DNA of 64,000 bases from Mesorhizobium sp. Lineage in GTDB: Bacteria > Pseudomonadota > Alphaproteobacteria > Rhizobiales > Rhizobiaceae. The notes under the pieces were generated by a model. The model was not told the DNA's origin, searched no databases, and worked only from the letters and a program-made list of their open reading frames with translations. Of this stretch, positions 27,911 through 36,968 are shown piece after piece; the stretch's first letter is position 1, and every line of letters starts with the position of its first letter. The translations under genes were made by a program, and so were the position numbers. The stretch lies in NCBI GenBank assembly GCA_051860465.1, contig JBHYDY010000008.1, positions 35,876-99,875 of the forward strand. The letters are read 5' to 3'.

Positions 27911-28034
27911 AATGTCCGACCAGATTGAACCATTCTGCCGGGAACGGATCGATGCGCTACGTCGACCTTCGCTGGCCTTCTTGCGGATCGCCTCGCTAAC
28001 GGCAAACAGAATTGTTTCAATCTGATCGGACATT
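27911..28034. repeat. 124-bp element bounded by 27-28-nt inverted repeats (MITE-like hairpin or terminator)
   Basis: 27911 aatgtccgaccagattgaaccattctg versus the reverse complement of 28007-28034, aatgtccgatcagattgaaacaattctg. About 3 differences; about 69-nt spacer; starts 7 nt after the OmpA-like stop. Confidence 0.6.
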
Positions 28035-28119
28035 GCTCTAAGGCCAGATTCCGACGTTTCCATCCCTTCTGGGTGTTCTTCCCAACGGGATTCGAATGTC
28101 GGATTGGGCGCGATATTCT

Positions 28120-28818
28120 TTAATTTGAGACGATCCTGCAGGCCGTGCTCACCGGTATGTCGGTTCGCAGCTTGTATTTGGCATCCCTGCTTCTATGCTT
28201 GACCGAGACGTCCTGTACCGTACAGGAGGAGCCGTTAACGACGATCGAAAAATTGTAAGTGCCGATATAACCGTTTGACCTGAAGTCATTCGTGTATGTG
28301 ACCGCGGCGCCCCTTGAGTTGGGACGAACGCGCAAACTATAGGTATCCCCCTTTCCTCCCTTTATATTTCTCGTCATCTCGACGCCATTCTTGCCGAAAA
28401 TCTCACCGCTGCCAGATTTTCCGCCCTTGACTTCGTCATACAGGAAAAGCTTTCCAGACTTGTCGGCGTATATGTTCACGCTGACAGGTATCGCCGCGAT
28501 GCCGCTGCACACCGACCCTCTGCACCACCGGAAGCCCGTGACAATGCCGGAGCGTACTCGTTTCCCTCGAAGCTCCGCGATCGAGGACGCTTCCGCGAAC
28601 TCCACGAACGGTGCAAGCGAGATCGGGACAAGAAGCGCGACCACCGCCGATCGGCGTGCAACGTCCCGGAATGATTGGGCAATGCGTGTGTTGAAGGCCT
28701 TGATCACGTCCACGACTCCGTTTCGACCATTGTCCGGCATCGATCTTCGAGACCCGGCGGCTGAGCCGGGGGAAGATTGCCATGCTCCCAACTGATCACC
28801 CGAACGGCATCGGGTCAT
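28120..28818 (-). CDS. Hypothetical secreted protein (weakly similar to 23280-23945)
   Basis: Internal hydrophobic signal/anchor RRSAVVALLVPISLAPFVEFAEA, Gly/Lys/Ser-rich beta-type sequence, ends ...STACRIVSN. Start uncertain (ATG 28818, ATG 28740 or a GTG further in). Confidence 0.5.
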   Translation of the reverse strand: MTRCRSGDQLGAWQSSPGSAAGSRRSMPDNGRNGVVDVIKAFNTRIAQSFRDVARRSAVVALLVPISLAPFVEFAEASSIAELRGKRVRSGIVTGFRWCRGSVCSGIAAIPVSVNIYADKSGKLFLYDEVKGGKSGSGEIFGKNGVEMTRNIKGGKGDTYSLRVRPNSRGAAVTYTNDFRSNGYIGTYNFSIVVNGSSCTVQDVSVKHRSRDAKYKLRTDIPVSTACRIVSN

Positions 28819-28925
28819 GATGCATTTGCGTCATGCGCGTCGTGCAGGTCGGCCTGCTCACGCGCCGGCTCGCAAAACCATGAATCCAAACGAACTTTCC
28901 AATTCACGCCTTAAGCACCGAAAGA

Positions 28926-30161
28926 TTGCGCTCGTGGTCCTTAGAGGTTAACCTGCTTCCGGAAGCGCGCGGTCGAGCCGCGCGAACGGTGACGGAGGCT
29001 ATTGCTTTGAGCCAGATTTCCTTGAAGCAGTACAATGCCATACTGGAAACCATCTACAGCGCTCCGATAAACGAGGACTGGCAGTCGGTCCTCGAGATAT
29101 TGTCCACTTCGATGGGCCATATTCACACACACATGTTCGGGCACGACATCGACCTGAACAGGCAACTGTCGCTCTCCGGCAGCATGTACGACCCCGCCAT
29201 GCTCGACACCTACAACGCCTATTACCACGAGAGGAATGCCTGGATTCCCGGCGTTGCCCGCTCCGAAGTCGGCAAGGCGAGATACAGCGAAACCTACTGC
29301 CCAACGGCGGAATTGATTAAGACGGAGTTCTTCAACGACTGGCTACGCCCGCAGGAGGAGATCGGCGGCGGCGGCGGCATCGTCCTGTTCAATGACGGCG
29401 ACCGCTTCATCATCGTCGGTGGGAACATCCGGTTCAAGGACCGGGACGAGAAGGAGAGGCAATGGATCGAACTGCTCGATCTGCTGGCACCCCATTTCCG
29501 CAGGGCGTTCGGCGCCTATCGTGCCCTGTCGGAGGCAAAGCTCGTGGGTCAGGGATACCGCGAGGCGCTGGACCATGTGGGTTATGCGGTCATCCTCCTC
29601 GACCGGGACGGTAGCGTAAGTCATCAGAACGCGCAGGCCGACAGGCTGTCGAGGCCGGGAACGCTGTTCCATCTCGATGGGTCCCGCAGGCTTCGCGCGT
29701 TCGACACACGTGCGAGTGAGACGATCCGCCAAACGCTGGCCGCCATGCGATCTGGCCTGCTGACGGAACTGCCCGATGTCTTCACGATCCGGGAGAAGGA
29801 CAGCGGAACGCCCCATCTTTCGATGCTTCTGCCTTTCCCGGTCAATGGCGAGGTCGAGGGCGCCGGCATGGCGAAAGCAGTTTTCGGCGAGACGACACCC
29901 ATCGCCATGCTGATCGTGAAGGATCCGTCGAAAGCCGGTCGTCCGGCCAAGCAGGTCCTGGCGTCGCTCTACGGATTGACGCCGGCGGAAGCGGCGGTCG
30001 CGGTTGCCCTCGCCGAAGGACAGTCACTGAAGACCTACGCGGACACGCAGTCCGTAACCGTCCACACGGTGCGCAACCAGCTCAAGGCGATCTTCGGCAA
30101 GACGGGGACCAGCCGACAGGCCGACCTGGTTGCACTGCTCGGGCGCCTGAGTCCACGTTGA
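28926..30161 (+). CDS. LuxR-family transcriptional regulator with uncharacterised N-terminal domain
   Basis: C-terminal HTH LTPAEAAVAVALAEGQSLKTYADTQSVTVHTVRNQLKAIFGKTGTSRQADLV. The likely true start is TTG 29007, 8 nt after GGAGG. Confidence 0.8.
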   Translation: MRSWSLEVNLLPEARGRAARTVTEAIALSQISLKQYNAILETIYSAPINEDWQSVLEILSTSMGHIHTHMFGHDIDLNRQLSLSGSMYDPAMLDTYNAYYHERNAWIPGVARSEVGKARYSETYCPTAELIKTEFFNDWLRPQEEIGGGGGIVLFNDGDRFIIVGGNIRFKDRDEKERQWIELLDLLAPHFRRAFGAYRALSEAKLVGQGYREALDHVGYAVILLDRDGSVSHQNAQADRLSRPGTLFHLDGSRRLRAFDTRASETIRQTLAAMRSGLLTELPDVFTIREKDSGTPHLSMLLPFPVNGEVEGAGMAKAVFGETTPIAMLIVKDPSKAGRPAKQVLASLYGLTPAEAAVAVALAEGQSLKTYADTQSVTVHTVRNQLKAIFGKTGTSRQADLVALLGRLSPR

Positions 30162-30350
30162 TCGAGCGGCAGCCGGCGCTCCGATTCCTGTGCCACCGCC
30201 GCCGAAGCTGCGCGACGATGCGCCACCGACGCGGCCAGGTTTTGAGCACGAAATCACGCGATTGTGTTACCCCGGTGTTACCCTGCCAAATGGCAAGCCA
30301 GCAGAGCACTTTGTATGGGTCAGATTGTCTATATAAATCAGGAAGTTGCG

Positions 30351-31689
30351 GGTCGTGTGCGTCAAGTTCTGCAAATTGGGCGGCCACGGCTCTGGTCATG
30401 CGGCTTTTCGGAGTTCGAGCTTCTTGTGCTCTCTGAGGTCGTCCATGTTGAGGTAACGGTTGGCCTCCATCCAGTTTTCGTTGGTTTCGACCGCGAGCGC
30501 GCGCACGAGGCGCAGGCAGCTCTCGGTGTTGGGGAAGATGCGCACGACGTAGGTTCGGCGCCGGATCTCCTCGTTGAGACGCTCGAGCATGTTGGTGGAC
30601 TTCAGGTGCTTGTGGTGCTGTCGTGGCAGCCGGAAGAAGGTGAGCGTCTGCTCGATGGTCTCCTCCGCCCAGCCCGTCAGGCGCGGATACTTGCCTGACC
30701 ACTTGGCGAGCCAGGTGGCGAGATCGGCCTTGGCCTCGGCGAGATCGCGTCGATCGTAAAGCCAGCGCAGTTCCTGCAGGCAGTCGTCGCCATGCTTCCT
30801 GGGCAGGTGGTCGAGCGCGTTCCTGAGGAAGTGCAAGTAGCAGCGCTGCCAGGCAGCTTCTGGGATGACCTCGCCGATTGCCGCGACGAGGCCGGCATGG
30901 TCGTCGGACACGACCAGTTCGACGCCCTTGAGGCCACGCGCCTTCAGGCCGACGAGAAAGTCCCGCCAGGCCGAGCGGCTCTCGCGATTGGCCATTTCGA
31001 CGCCCAGGATCTGGCGCCGCCCGTCCCAGTCGATGCCGACCGCGATCAGCACCGCCTGGCTCATCACCACGCCTCCCTCGCGCACCTTCTCGTAGCGCGC
31101 GTCGAGGATGAGATAGGGAAAGGGCTCCTGAAGCGGGCGCCTGGCAAAGGCGGCGAGGCTCTCGTCCAGCCGCTTGTTGATGGCAGAGATCGACGAGGCC
31201 GAGAAGGCGTGGCCGCACAGTTCCTCGGTGATCGCCTTGACCTTGCGGGTCGAGACGCCCTGCACATACATCTCCGCCAGCGTCGCCACCAAGGCCCGCT
31301 CCGAACGCTGGTAGCGCTCGAACAGCTCGGTCGAGAAGCGGCCCTGCCGGTCCTGCGGCACCTTGAGCTCGAGCTTGCCGACACGCGTCACCAGCGTGCG
31401 GCCGTAATGGCCCGAACGGTAGCCGAGCCGCTCCGGCGTGCGTTCGCTCTTCGAGGCAGCGAGCGCCTCGTCCATCTCGGCTTCCAGAACCTCCTGCATC
31501 ACGGCGCGGATCACATCGCGCAGCCCATCGGGGTTCGAAAGCAGAATGTCTTTTACGGCGGCGCTGGCGGTCTTACCTTCGGTCTTGGTCATGGTGGCGC
31601 TCCTTCGCGGGAATCAGGTGACGTTGAACATCACCAGCCTGCCATGACCGCCCCTCTCGGCGAATTTGCAGAACTCTCCGCACACTACC
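30351..31689 (-). mobile_element. IS256-family insertion sequence (~1.34 kb)
   Basis: Imperfect terminal IRs: ggtcgtgtgcgtcaagttctgcaaatt (left) versus the reverse complement of the right end, ggtagtgtgcggagagttctgcaaatt. A single transposase ORF fills the element. Confidence 0.8.
30396..31592 (-). CDS. IS256-family transposase
   Basis: 398 aa with a mutator-type pattern: YLILDARYEKVREGG...WQRCYLHFLRNALDHLPRK...LERLNEEIRRRT. Confidence 0.92.
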   Translation of the reverse strand: MTKTEGKTASAAVKDILLSNPDGLRDVIRAVMQEVLEAEMDEALAASKSERTPERLGYRSGHYGRTLVTRVGKLELKVPQDRQGRFSTELFERYQRSERALVATLAEMYVQGVSTRKVKAITEELCGHAFSASSISAINKRLDESLAAFARRPLQEPFPYLILDARYEKVREGGVVMSQAVLIAVGIDWDGRRQILGVEMANRESRSAWRDFLVGLKARGLKGVELVVSDDHAGLVAAIGEVIPEAAWQRCYLHFLRNALDHLPRKHGDDCLQELRWLYDRRDLAEAKADLATWLAKWSGKYPRLTGWAEETIEQTLTFFRLPRQHHKHLKSTNMLERLNEEIRRRTYVVRIFPNTESCLRLVRALAVETNENWMEANRYLNMDDLREHKKLELRKAA

Positions 31690-31699
31690 AGGCGGTGCA

Positions 31700-32369
31700 G
31701 GATGACCGGGAAGCACGAAGCGCGGGCTTGCCGGCCTGTCCTTTCGGTGGCCGCACGCGCGGCCACCGCTCATTCGCCTGGCGCGGTGGTCGACCGAGGC
31801 GCGGCGTGCCCGGCACGCCGCGCGGCGGGGCGGTCGCCAAAGCCGAAGGCGAGGCGCAGCGGCCAGGGCAGGCGCTCGGCCGCCATGGCGATCGTGAGCG
31901 ACAGCGCGGCCGTGACCAGAACCACCAGCCCGAACGTGGGCCAGGCGCCGGCCTCGATCGGCAGCACCAGGTAGAGCGCCCACACGATCACCGTCTGGTG
32001 GACGATGTAGAGGGCAAACACCTTGCCGTTCAGCCAGGAAAGCGCGGCGCTCCCTCGGTCGAGATGGACGGGGGCGAAGCCGACGGCCGTCAGGATCATC
32101 GTCCAGGCGAGTGCAAGGACCAGCGCCTTGAACGCCGGCGTCTGGTTCTCCCACGAACCGAGCGATCCGGCGGCGTCTGGCGCGGGCAGGAAGCAGGAGG
32201 CATAGAGCACAACCGTGAGGCCGAGCACCAGCGCCGCGCTGACCCAGCGGCGCGCGACGATTGAGCCGACGATCTCGGCGTGATGGCGGGCAAACAGGAA
32301 GCCGAAGCCGAACCACGACGCCCACACCGCGAACCAGGCGCCGTCATTGTAGAGCGCATTGGTCTGGCG
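31700..32369. repeat. 670-bp direct repeat, right copy (part of the intact gene)
   Basis: See 22449-23118. It starts 10 nt after the IS256 right end and covers 70 nt of 3' flank plus the last 600 nt of the acyltransferase CDS. Confidence 0.95.
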
Positions 32370-32984
32370 GGGGAAGAACGGCGACAGGGCCAGGTTGAGC
32401 GCCAGCGGCACGAGAAAGAGCAGGTGCACGAAGGGCGAGCGCATGAAAACCGCGAAGGCCTTGGACATCGGCTCCCCGCGCGCGGACTTCAGGAAATGGA
32501 AGATCGGGAACAGCCCGACGGCCATGACCAGCAGGTAGGCCACGAACCACATATGCGCCCAGGTGATGTTGCCCGAGGGATACTTGCCTTCGGTGAAGTA
32601 GCGTTCGATCCAGAAGGTGAACAGCGAGCCCTGGTAGCCCTCTTCCATCACGCGCTCGAGCCAGACCTGCGGCACCACCACGACCGCCATGGCGAACAGG
32701 AGCGGCACGAGCAGGCGCAGGGTGCGGTCGCGCAGGAAGGCAAGGCCGGGCGCTGAGCGGAACGCGAACCAGGTGCCCATGCCCGAGACGAAGAAGAGCA
32801 GCGCCAGCCGCCAGGCGCGCGGGAAGTCCATGGCCCAGGACAGGGCCTGGCTGGTCTGCGCGCTCTTCACCAGCCAGGACATGTCCGGAAAGAAGGCGAC
32901 CGAGCAGTGGTAGAAGATCAGCAGGCCGAAGGCGAGAACCCGCAGCCAGTCGACGTAGTGGAGCCTGCCTGTCGTCACGATCAT
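31770..32984 (-). CDS. Acyltransferase family 3 membrane protein (OpgC/O-acyltransferase-like)
   Basis: 404 aa, about 10 TM segments. N-terminus RLHYVDWLRVLAFGLLIFYHCSVAF is typical of the acyltransferase_3 family. Confidence 0.85.
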   Translation of the reverse strand: MIVTTGRLHYVDWLRVLAFGLLIFYHCSVAFFPDMSWLVKSAQTSQALSWAMDFPRAWRLALLFFVSGMGTWFAFRSAPGLAFLRDRTLRLLVPLLFAMAVVVVPQVWLERVMEEGYQGSLFTFWIERYFTEGKYPSGNITWAHMWFVAYLLVMAVGLFPIFHFLKSARGEPMSKAFAVFMRSPFVHLLFLVPLALNLALSPFFPRQTNALYNDGAWFAVWASWFGFGFLFARHHAEIVGSIVARRWVSAALVLGLTVVLYASCFLPAPDAAGSLGSWENQTPAFKALVLALAWTMILTAVGFAPVHLDRGSAALSWLNGKVFALYIVHQTVIVWALYLVLPIEAGAWPTFGLVVLVTAALSLTIAMAAERLPWPLRLAFGFGDRPAARRAGHAAPRSTTAPGE

Positions 32985-33142
32985 CGATCCCCCAGCGCGC
33001 CGCCGCGCGACCTTTGCGGCATGGATGCTAACGCAACAACCTTAACGACCCTGCCTCCGGTTATGGAAAGTCTTGGGAATTCGGACTGTCGCGCTTTCAG
33101 GGCGAGGAACGATCAGCGAGCGTGAGCGGCCGCATCGGCCGG

Positions 33143-34975
33143 TCAGTCGCCGGTTCCAGCCTCCGACGGCGGAGACGGCGTCGCGCCGGGATTCATCACC
33201 TGGCCCGGCTTCCTTGGCTGGGCAAGCGGCGCCGGCGTCGGGGCGTTGCCCTTCAACAGGCCGGTTCCGGCATAGATGCCGCCGGTGAGCTGCATGTCGA
33301 GCCGCTCGGAATCGCGGCGGCGGACATCCGCCATGATCTCCGCGGCCTCTGCTTCCTCGAGGCCGAGGATTCTCAACGTCGTCCCGCCGAAGACGAAGGC
33401 GGATTCCAGCGTCTCTCGGATCTGGAAGTCGACGCCGGCATGGATCAGGTCGAGCGCCGCACCCCGGTCCCAGGCGCGCGCCAGAACCGGCACGAGGGGG
33501 AACTCCGCCTTCAGGTGTTCGACGATCCGCACGGCGGTCTCCGCCTTGTCGACGCAGACCAGCACGGCGCGCGCGCGTCCGGCGCCGGCGGCATGCAGGA
33601 TGTCGAGCCGGGCGCCGTCGCCGTAATAGACCTTGAAGCCGAAGGTGGCGGCGACCTTGATCATCTCGACGTCGTTGTCGATGATCGATACCTCGATGCC
33701 CTTGAGCAGCAGCGGCTGGCTGGCGACCTGGCCGAAGCGGCCGAAACCGATGACGAGCACGCTGCCGTCGAGCCCGTCGGCCATGTCGACGCCGTTCATG
33801 TCGGGCGTCGGCCGCGGCATCAGGCGACGCAGGCCGATGATCGCCAGCGGGGTCAGCACCATCGAGATGATGACGATCGCGGTGAGGATCGCGTTGGTCT
33901 CGCCGTCGATCAGGCCGACGCCGGCCGCCGCCGAATAGAGCACGAAGGCGAACTCGCCGCCCTGCGCCATCACGACGGCCCGCTCCAGCGCCTGGCCATG
34001 ACCGTGGCGCAGGCCGCGCGCCACGGCGTAGATGCCCGCCGCCTTCACGGCCATGTAGACCACGACCGACAGCGCCACGATCACCCAGTTCGCGGCCACA
34101 ACGGCAAGGTCGAGCGACATGCCGACGGCGAGGAAGAACAGGCCGAGCAGGATGCCGCGGAACGGCTCGACGTCGGCCTCCAATTGGTGGCGGAAACTCG
34201 ATTCGGACAGGAGCACGCCGGCCAGGAACGCGCCCATCGCCATCGACAGGCCGCCGAGCTGCATGGCGAGCGCGGAGCCGAGCACCACCAGCAGGGCCGC
34301 GGCCGTCATCACCTCGCGGGCATGCGCGTCGGCCAGGATGCGAAACAGCGGATTGAGCAGCCAGCGTCCGGCGACGAGCAGGCCGACGATGGCGCCGACG
34401 CCGATGCCGACATCGGTGAGGCGCGAAGAGAGTGTGGCTTCCTCGCCGCCCGGTGCCAGGAAGGCGATCAGGGCCAGAAGCGGCACGATCATCAGGTCCT
34501 CGAGCAGCAGGATCGAGACCATTCGCTGGCCGGCCGGGGTGGCGATGTCGCCGCGCTCCTCGAGCAGTTGCATGACGATCGCCGTCGAGGTGAGCACGAA
34601 GCCGGCCCCCGCGACGAAGGCGACGACGGGCGCAAGTCCCAGCGCGATGCCGACGCCGGTCAGGAGCGCGGCGCAGAGCGCGACCTGGAGCAGCCCGAGC
34701 CCGAAGATCTCCCTGCGCAGGCCCCACAGCCGCGAGGGTCGCATTTCGAGCCCGATGATGAACAGGAACATGACGACGCCGAGTTCGGCGACGTGGAGGA
34801 TGGCTTCCGGGTCATCGAACAGGCCGAAGCCGAAGGGGCCGATGACCAGGCCGGCGGCGAGATAGCCGAGGATCGAGCCGAGGCCGAGGCGCTTGAAGAT
34901 CGGCACCGCCACGACGCCAGCGGCCAGCAGCACCACAACCTGGACCAGTTCGTTGCCGCCCGCTTCGCCAGCCAT
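33143..34975 (-). CDS. CPA2-family K+/H+ antiporter with RCK/TrkA-N domain (KefB/KefC-like)
   Basis: About 12 TM N-terminal domain, then Rossmann motif VLVIGFGRFGQ and a C-terminal regulatory region. Confidence 0.9.
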   Translation of the reverse strand: MAGEAGGNELVQVVVLLAAGVVAVPIFKRLGLGSILGYLAAGLVIGPFGFGLFDDPEAILHVAELGVVMFLFIIGLEMRPSRLWGLRREIFGLGLLQVALCAALLTGVGIALGLAPVVAFVAGAGFVLTSTAIVMQLLEERGDIATPAGQRMVSILLLEDLMIVPLLALIAFLAPGGEEATLSSRLTDVGIGVGAIVGLLVAGRWLLNPLFRILADAHAREVMTAAALLVVLGSALAMQLGGLSMAMGAFLAGVLLSESSFRHQLEADVEPFRGILLGLFFLAVGMSLDLAVVAANWVIVALSVVVYMAVKAAGIYAVARGLRHGHGQALERAVVMAQGGEFAFVLYSAAAGVGLIDGETNAILTAIVIISMVLTPLAIIGLRRLMPRPTPDMNGVDMADGLDGSVLVIGFGRFGQVASQPLLLKGIEVSIIDNDVEMIKVAATFGFKVYYGDGARLDILHAAGAGRARAVLVCVDKAETAVRIVEHLKAEFPLVPVLARAWDRGAALDLIHAGVDFQIRETLESAFVFGGTTLRILGLEEAEAAEIMADVRRRDSERLDMQLTGGIYAGTGLLKGNAPTPAPLAQPRKPGQVMNPGATPSPPSEAGTGD

Positions 34976-35064
34976 GCCACCGGTCCCTTTCGCCGATCCC
35001 TCGATACACCACAGTTGCGCCGCCGGTGGTAGCGCCCCGGCGCATGGCAGTCATCACGAAGCGG

Positions 35065-35934
35065 TCAACCGCCGTCGGTCGTCGCCAGCGCGCCGTAGAG
35101 TTCGGGCCGACGGTCGCGGAACAGGCCCCAGGCCGCGCGCTGGCGGGCGAGTGCTGTCCGGTCGAAACTGGCGATCAGCACCGCCTCGCCATCCCGGCCG
35201 GCTTCGGCGACAAGCTCGCCCGTGGCGCCGGCGATGAAGGAGGAGCCGTAGTAGGTCTGGGTGCGGCCGCCAACGGTCTCGACGCCGATCCGGTTGGCGG
35301 CCGCCACCGGCATCAGGTTGGCGCCGGCATGGCCGCGCATGGTGATGCGCCAGTGCTCCATGGAATCGAAGTCCGGCCGGCCGGGCTCCGAGCCGATGGC
35401 GGTCGGATAGAGCAGCATCTCGGCGCCCATGAGCGCCATGGCGCGCGCCGCCTCGGGAAACCACTGGTCCCAGCAGATGCCGATGCCGATGGCGCCGAAG
35501 CGGGTCGGCCAGACCCTGAAGCCGGTGTCGCCGGGCGTGAAGTAGAACTTCTCCTCGTAGCCCGGCCCGTCGGGAATGTGCGACTTTCGGTAGACGCCGA
35601 GCACCGTCCCGGTGTCGTCGACCATGGCGACGGAATTGAAGTAGGCCTGGTTTCGGCGCTCGAAGAAGGAGACAGGGATGACGATGCCCAGTTCGCGCGC
35701 CAGGGCCTTGAAGGCCGCGATCGTCGGATGCCCCTCCAGCGTCCGGGCACGGTCGAAGTGGCTCGGGTCTTCCTCCTGGCAGAAATAGAGCCCTTCGAAG
35801 AGCTCCTGCACGAGCACGACGTTGGCGCCGCGCGCCGCCGCGTCGCGGACCAGTCGAGAGGCGGTCGCGACGTTTTGCGCCACGTCGTCGGCGCAGGCGA
35901 ACTGGACGACGCCGAGCGTGACGGTCGTGCTCAA
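35065..35934 (-). CDS. aguB: N-carbamoylputrescine amidase (CN-hydrolase family)
   Basis: VVLVQELFEGLYFCQEE, YRKSHIPDGPGYEEKFYFTPGD, catalytic-Cys segment GIGICWDQWFPE. The TTG start overlaps the upstream TGA (TTGA) and follows GAGGAAGG. Confidence 0.85.
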   Translation of the reverse strand: MSTTVTLGVVQFACADDVAQNVATASRLVRDAAARGANVVLVQELFEGLYFCQEEDPSHFDRARTLEGHPTIAAFKALARELGIVIPVSFFERRNQAYFNSVAMVDDTGTVLGVYRKSHIPDGPGYEEKFYFTPGDTGFRVWPTRFGAIGIGICWDQWFPEAARAMALMGAEMLLYPTAIGSEPGRPDFDSMEHWRITMRGHAGANLMPVAAANRIGVETVGGRTQTYYGSSFIAGATGELVAEAGRDGEAVLIASFDRTALARQRAAWGLFRDRRPELYGALATTDGG

Positions 35935-36968
35935 CTGTTGCCTTCCTCGAAGCCCGTCAGCACGCCGACCGCGTTGACGCCGATCTCCTCGACGGCGTAG
36001 CCGCCTTCCATGACGAAGAGGGTCGGCAGGCCGAGCGCGGCGATCCGGCGGCCGATCTTGGGATAATCCTCGGTGACGAGCTTGAACTTGGAGATCGGAT
36101 CCCGCTCGAACGTGTCGACGCCGAGCGACACGACGACGACATCCGGCCCATAGGCGACGAGTTTCAGGCAGGCATCGACGAGGGCCGCCCCCCAGCCGTC
36201 CCAGTCGGTGCCCCAGGGCAGCGGATAGTTGTGGTTGAAGCCTTCGCCCTCGCCCTCCCCGCGCTCGTCGGCGTAGCCGAGGAAATAGGGGTATTCCATC
36301 TTCGGGTCGCCGTGCAGGTTCAGCACCTGGACGTCGCCGCGTCCGTAGAAGATTTCCTGCGTGCCGTTGCCGTGATGATAATCGACGTCGAGGATCGAGA
36401 CCTTGCTGGCGCCGTTGTCGATCAGCCACTGCGCGGCGATCGAGGCGTTGTTCAGGTAGCAGTAGCCGCCCATGAAGGCGCGTCCGGCGTGGTGTCCCGG
36501 CGGACGGCAGAGCGCGAATGCGGCCGGCTCCCCGCCCGAAACCAGCGCCGCGGCCGTCAGCGCCACGTCGTGGGAGGACTTGATCGCGTCCCAGGTTCCT
36601 TCGACGAAGCCGGCGCCCGCGTCGAACGAATAGTAGCCGAGCTGCGCCTCGATGACGTCGGGCACGACGTCGCCGCGCAGGCCGCGCGTCGGCCAGGTGT
36701 AGGGCAGCGCCGTGCCGCCGAAGCCGGCCGCCGTCCAGCGCTCCCAGACCGTCGGCATGAAGTCGACATAGGCGGGGTCATGGACGCGGCGGGCGGTATC
36801 GAGGTCGAACTCGTCTGGCGGCAGGATCGGCCCGAGGCCGACTTCTTCGGCCCGCGACCGGATGAACTCGGCGCGCGACGGCATTTCGAAGGCCGGCATG
36901 ATCTTGCCCGTCATCAACTCGACATTGCCGGCATGACCCGCGTGCCGGGGCGAATAGATGGTCTTCAT
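35931..36968 (-). CDS. Histone-deacetylase-family amidohydrolase (acetylpolyamine amidohydrolase-like)
   Basis: CRPPGHHA and DVDYHHGNGTQEIF zinc/active-site motifs. Start at MKTIYSPRH; the upstream part of the track ORF is shadow sequence. Confidence 0.85.
   Translation of the reverse strand: MKTIYSPRHAGHAGNVELMTGKIMPAFEMPSRAEFIRSRAEEVGLGPILPPDEFDLDTARRVHDPAYVDFMPTVWERWTAAGFGGTALPYTWPTRGLRGDVVPDVIEAQLGYYSFDAGAGFVEGTWDAIKSSHDVALTAAALVSGGEPAAFALCRPPGHHAGRAFMGGYCYLNNASIAAQWLIDNGASKVSILDVDYHHGNGTQEIFYGRGDVQVLNLHGDPKMEYPYFLGYADERGEGEGEGFNHNYPLPWGTDWDGWGAALVDACLKLVAYGPDVVVVSLGVDTFERDPISKFKLVTEDYPKIGRRIAALGLPTLFVMEGGYAVEEIGVNAVGVLTGFEEGNS

Noticed and set aside
27434-28063. 209-aa minus-strand ORF downstream of the protease module
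   Set aside because: Most of it is antisense to the OmpA-like gene, which has clear family motifs. Only its first ~40 codons lie in the hairpin element, and they are better explained by the inverted repeat.
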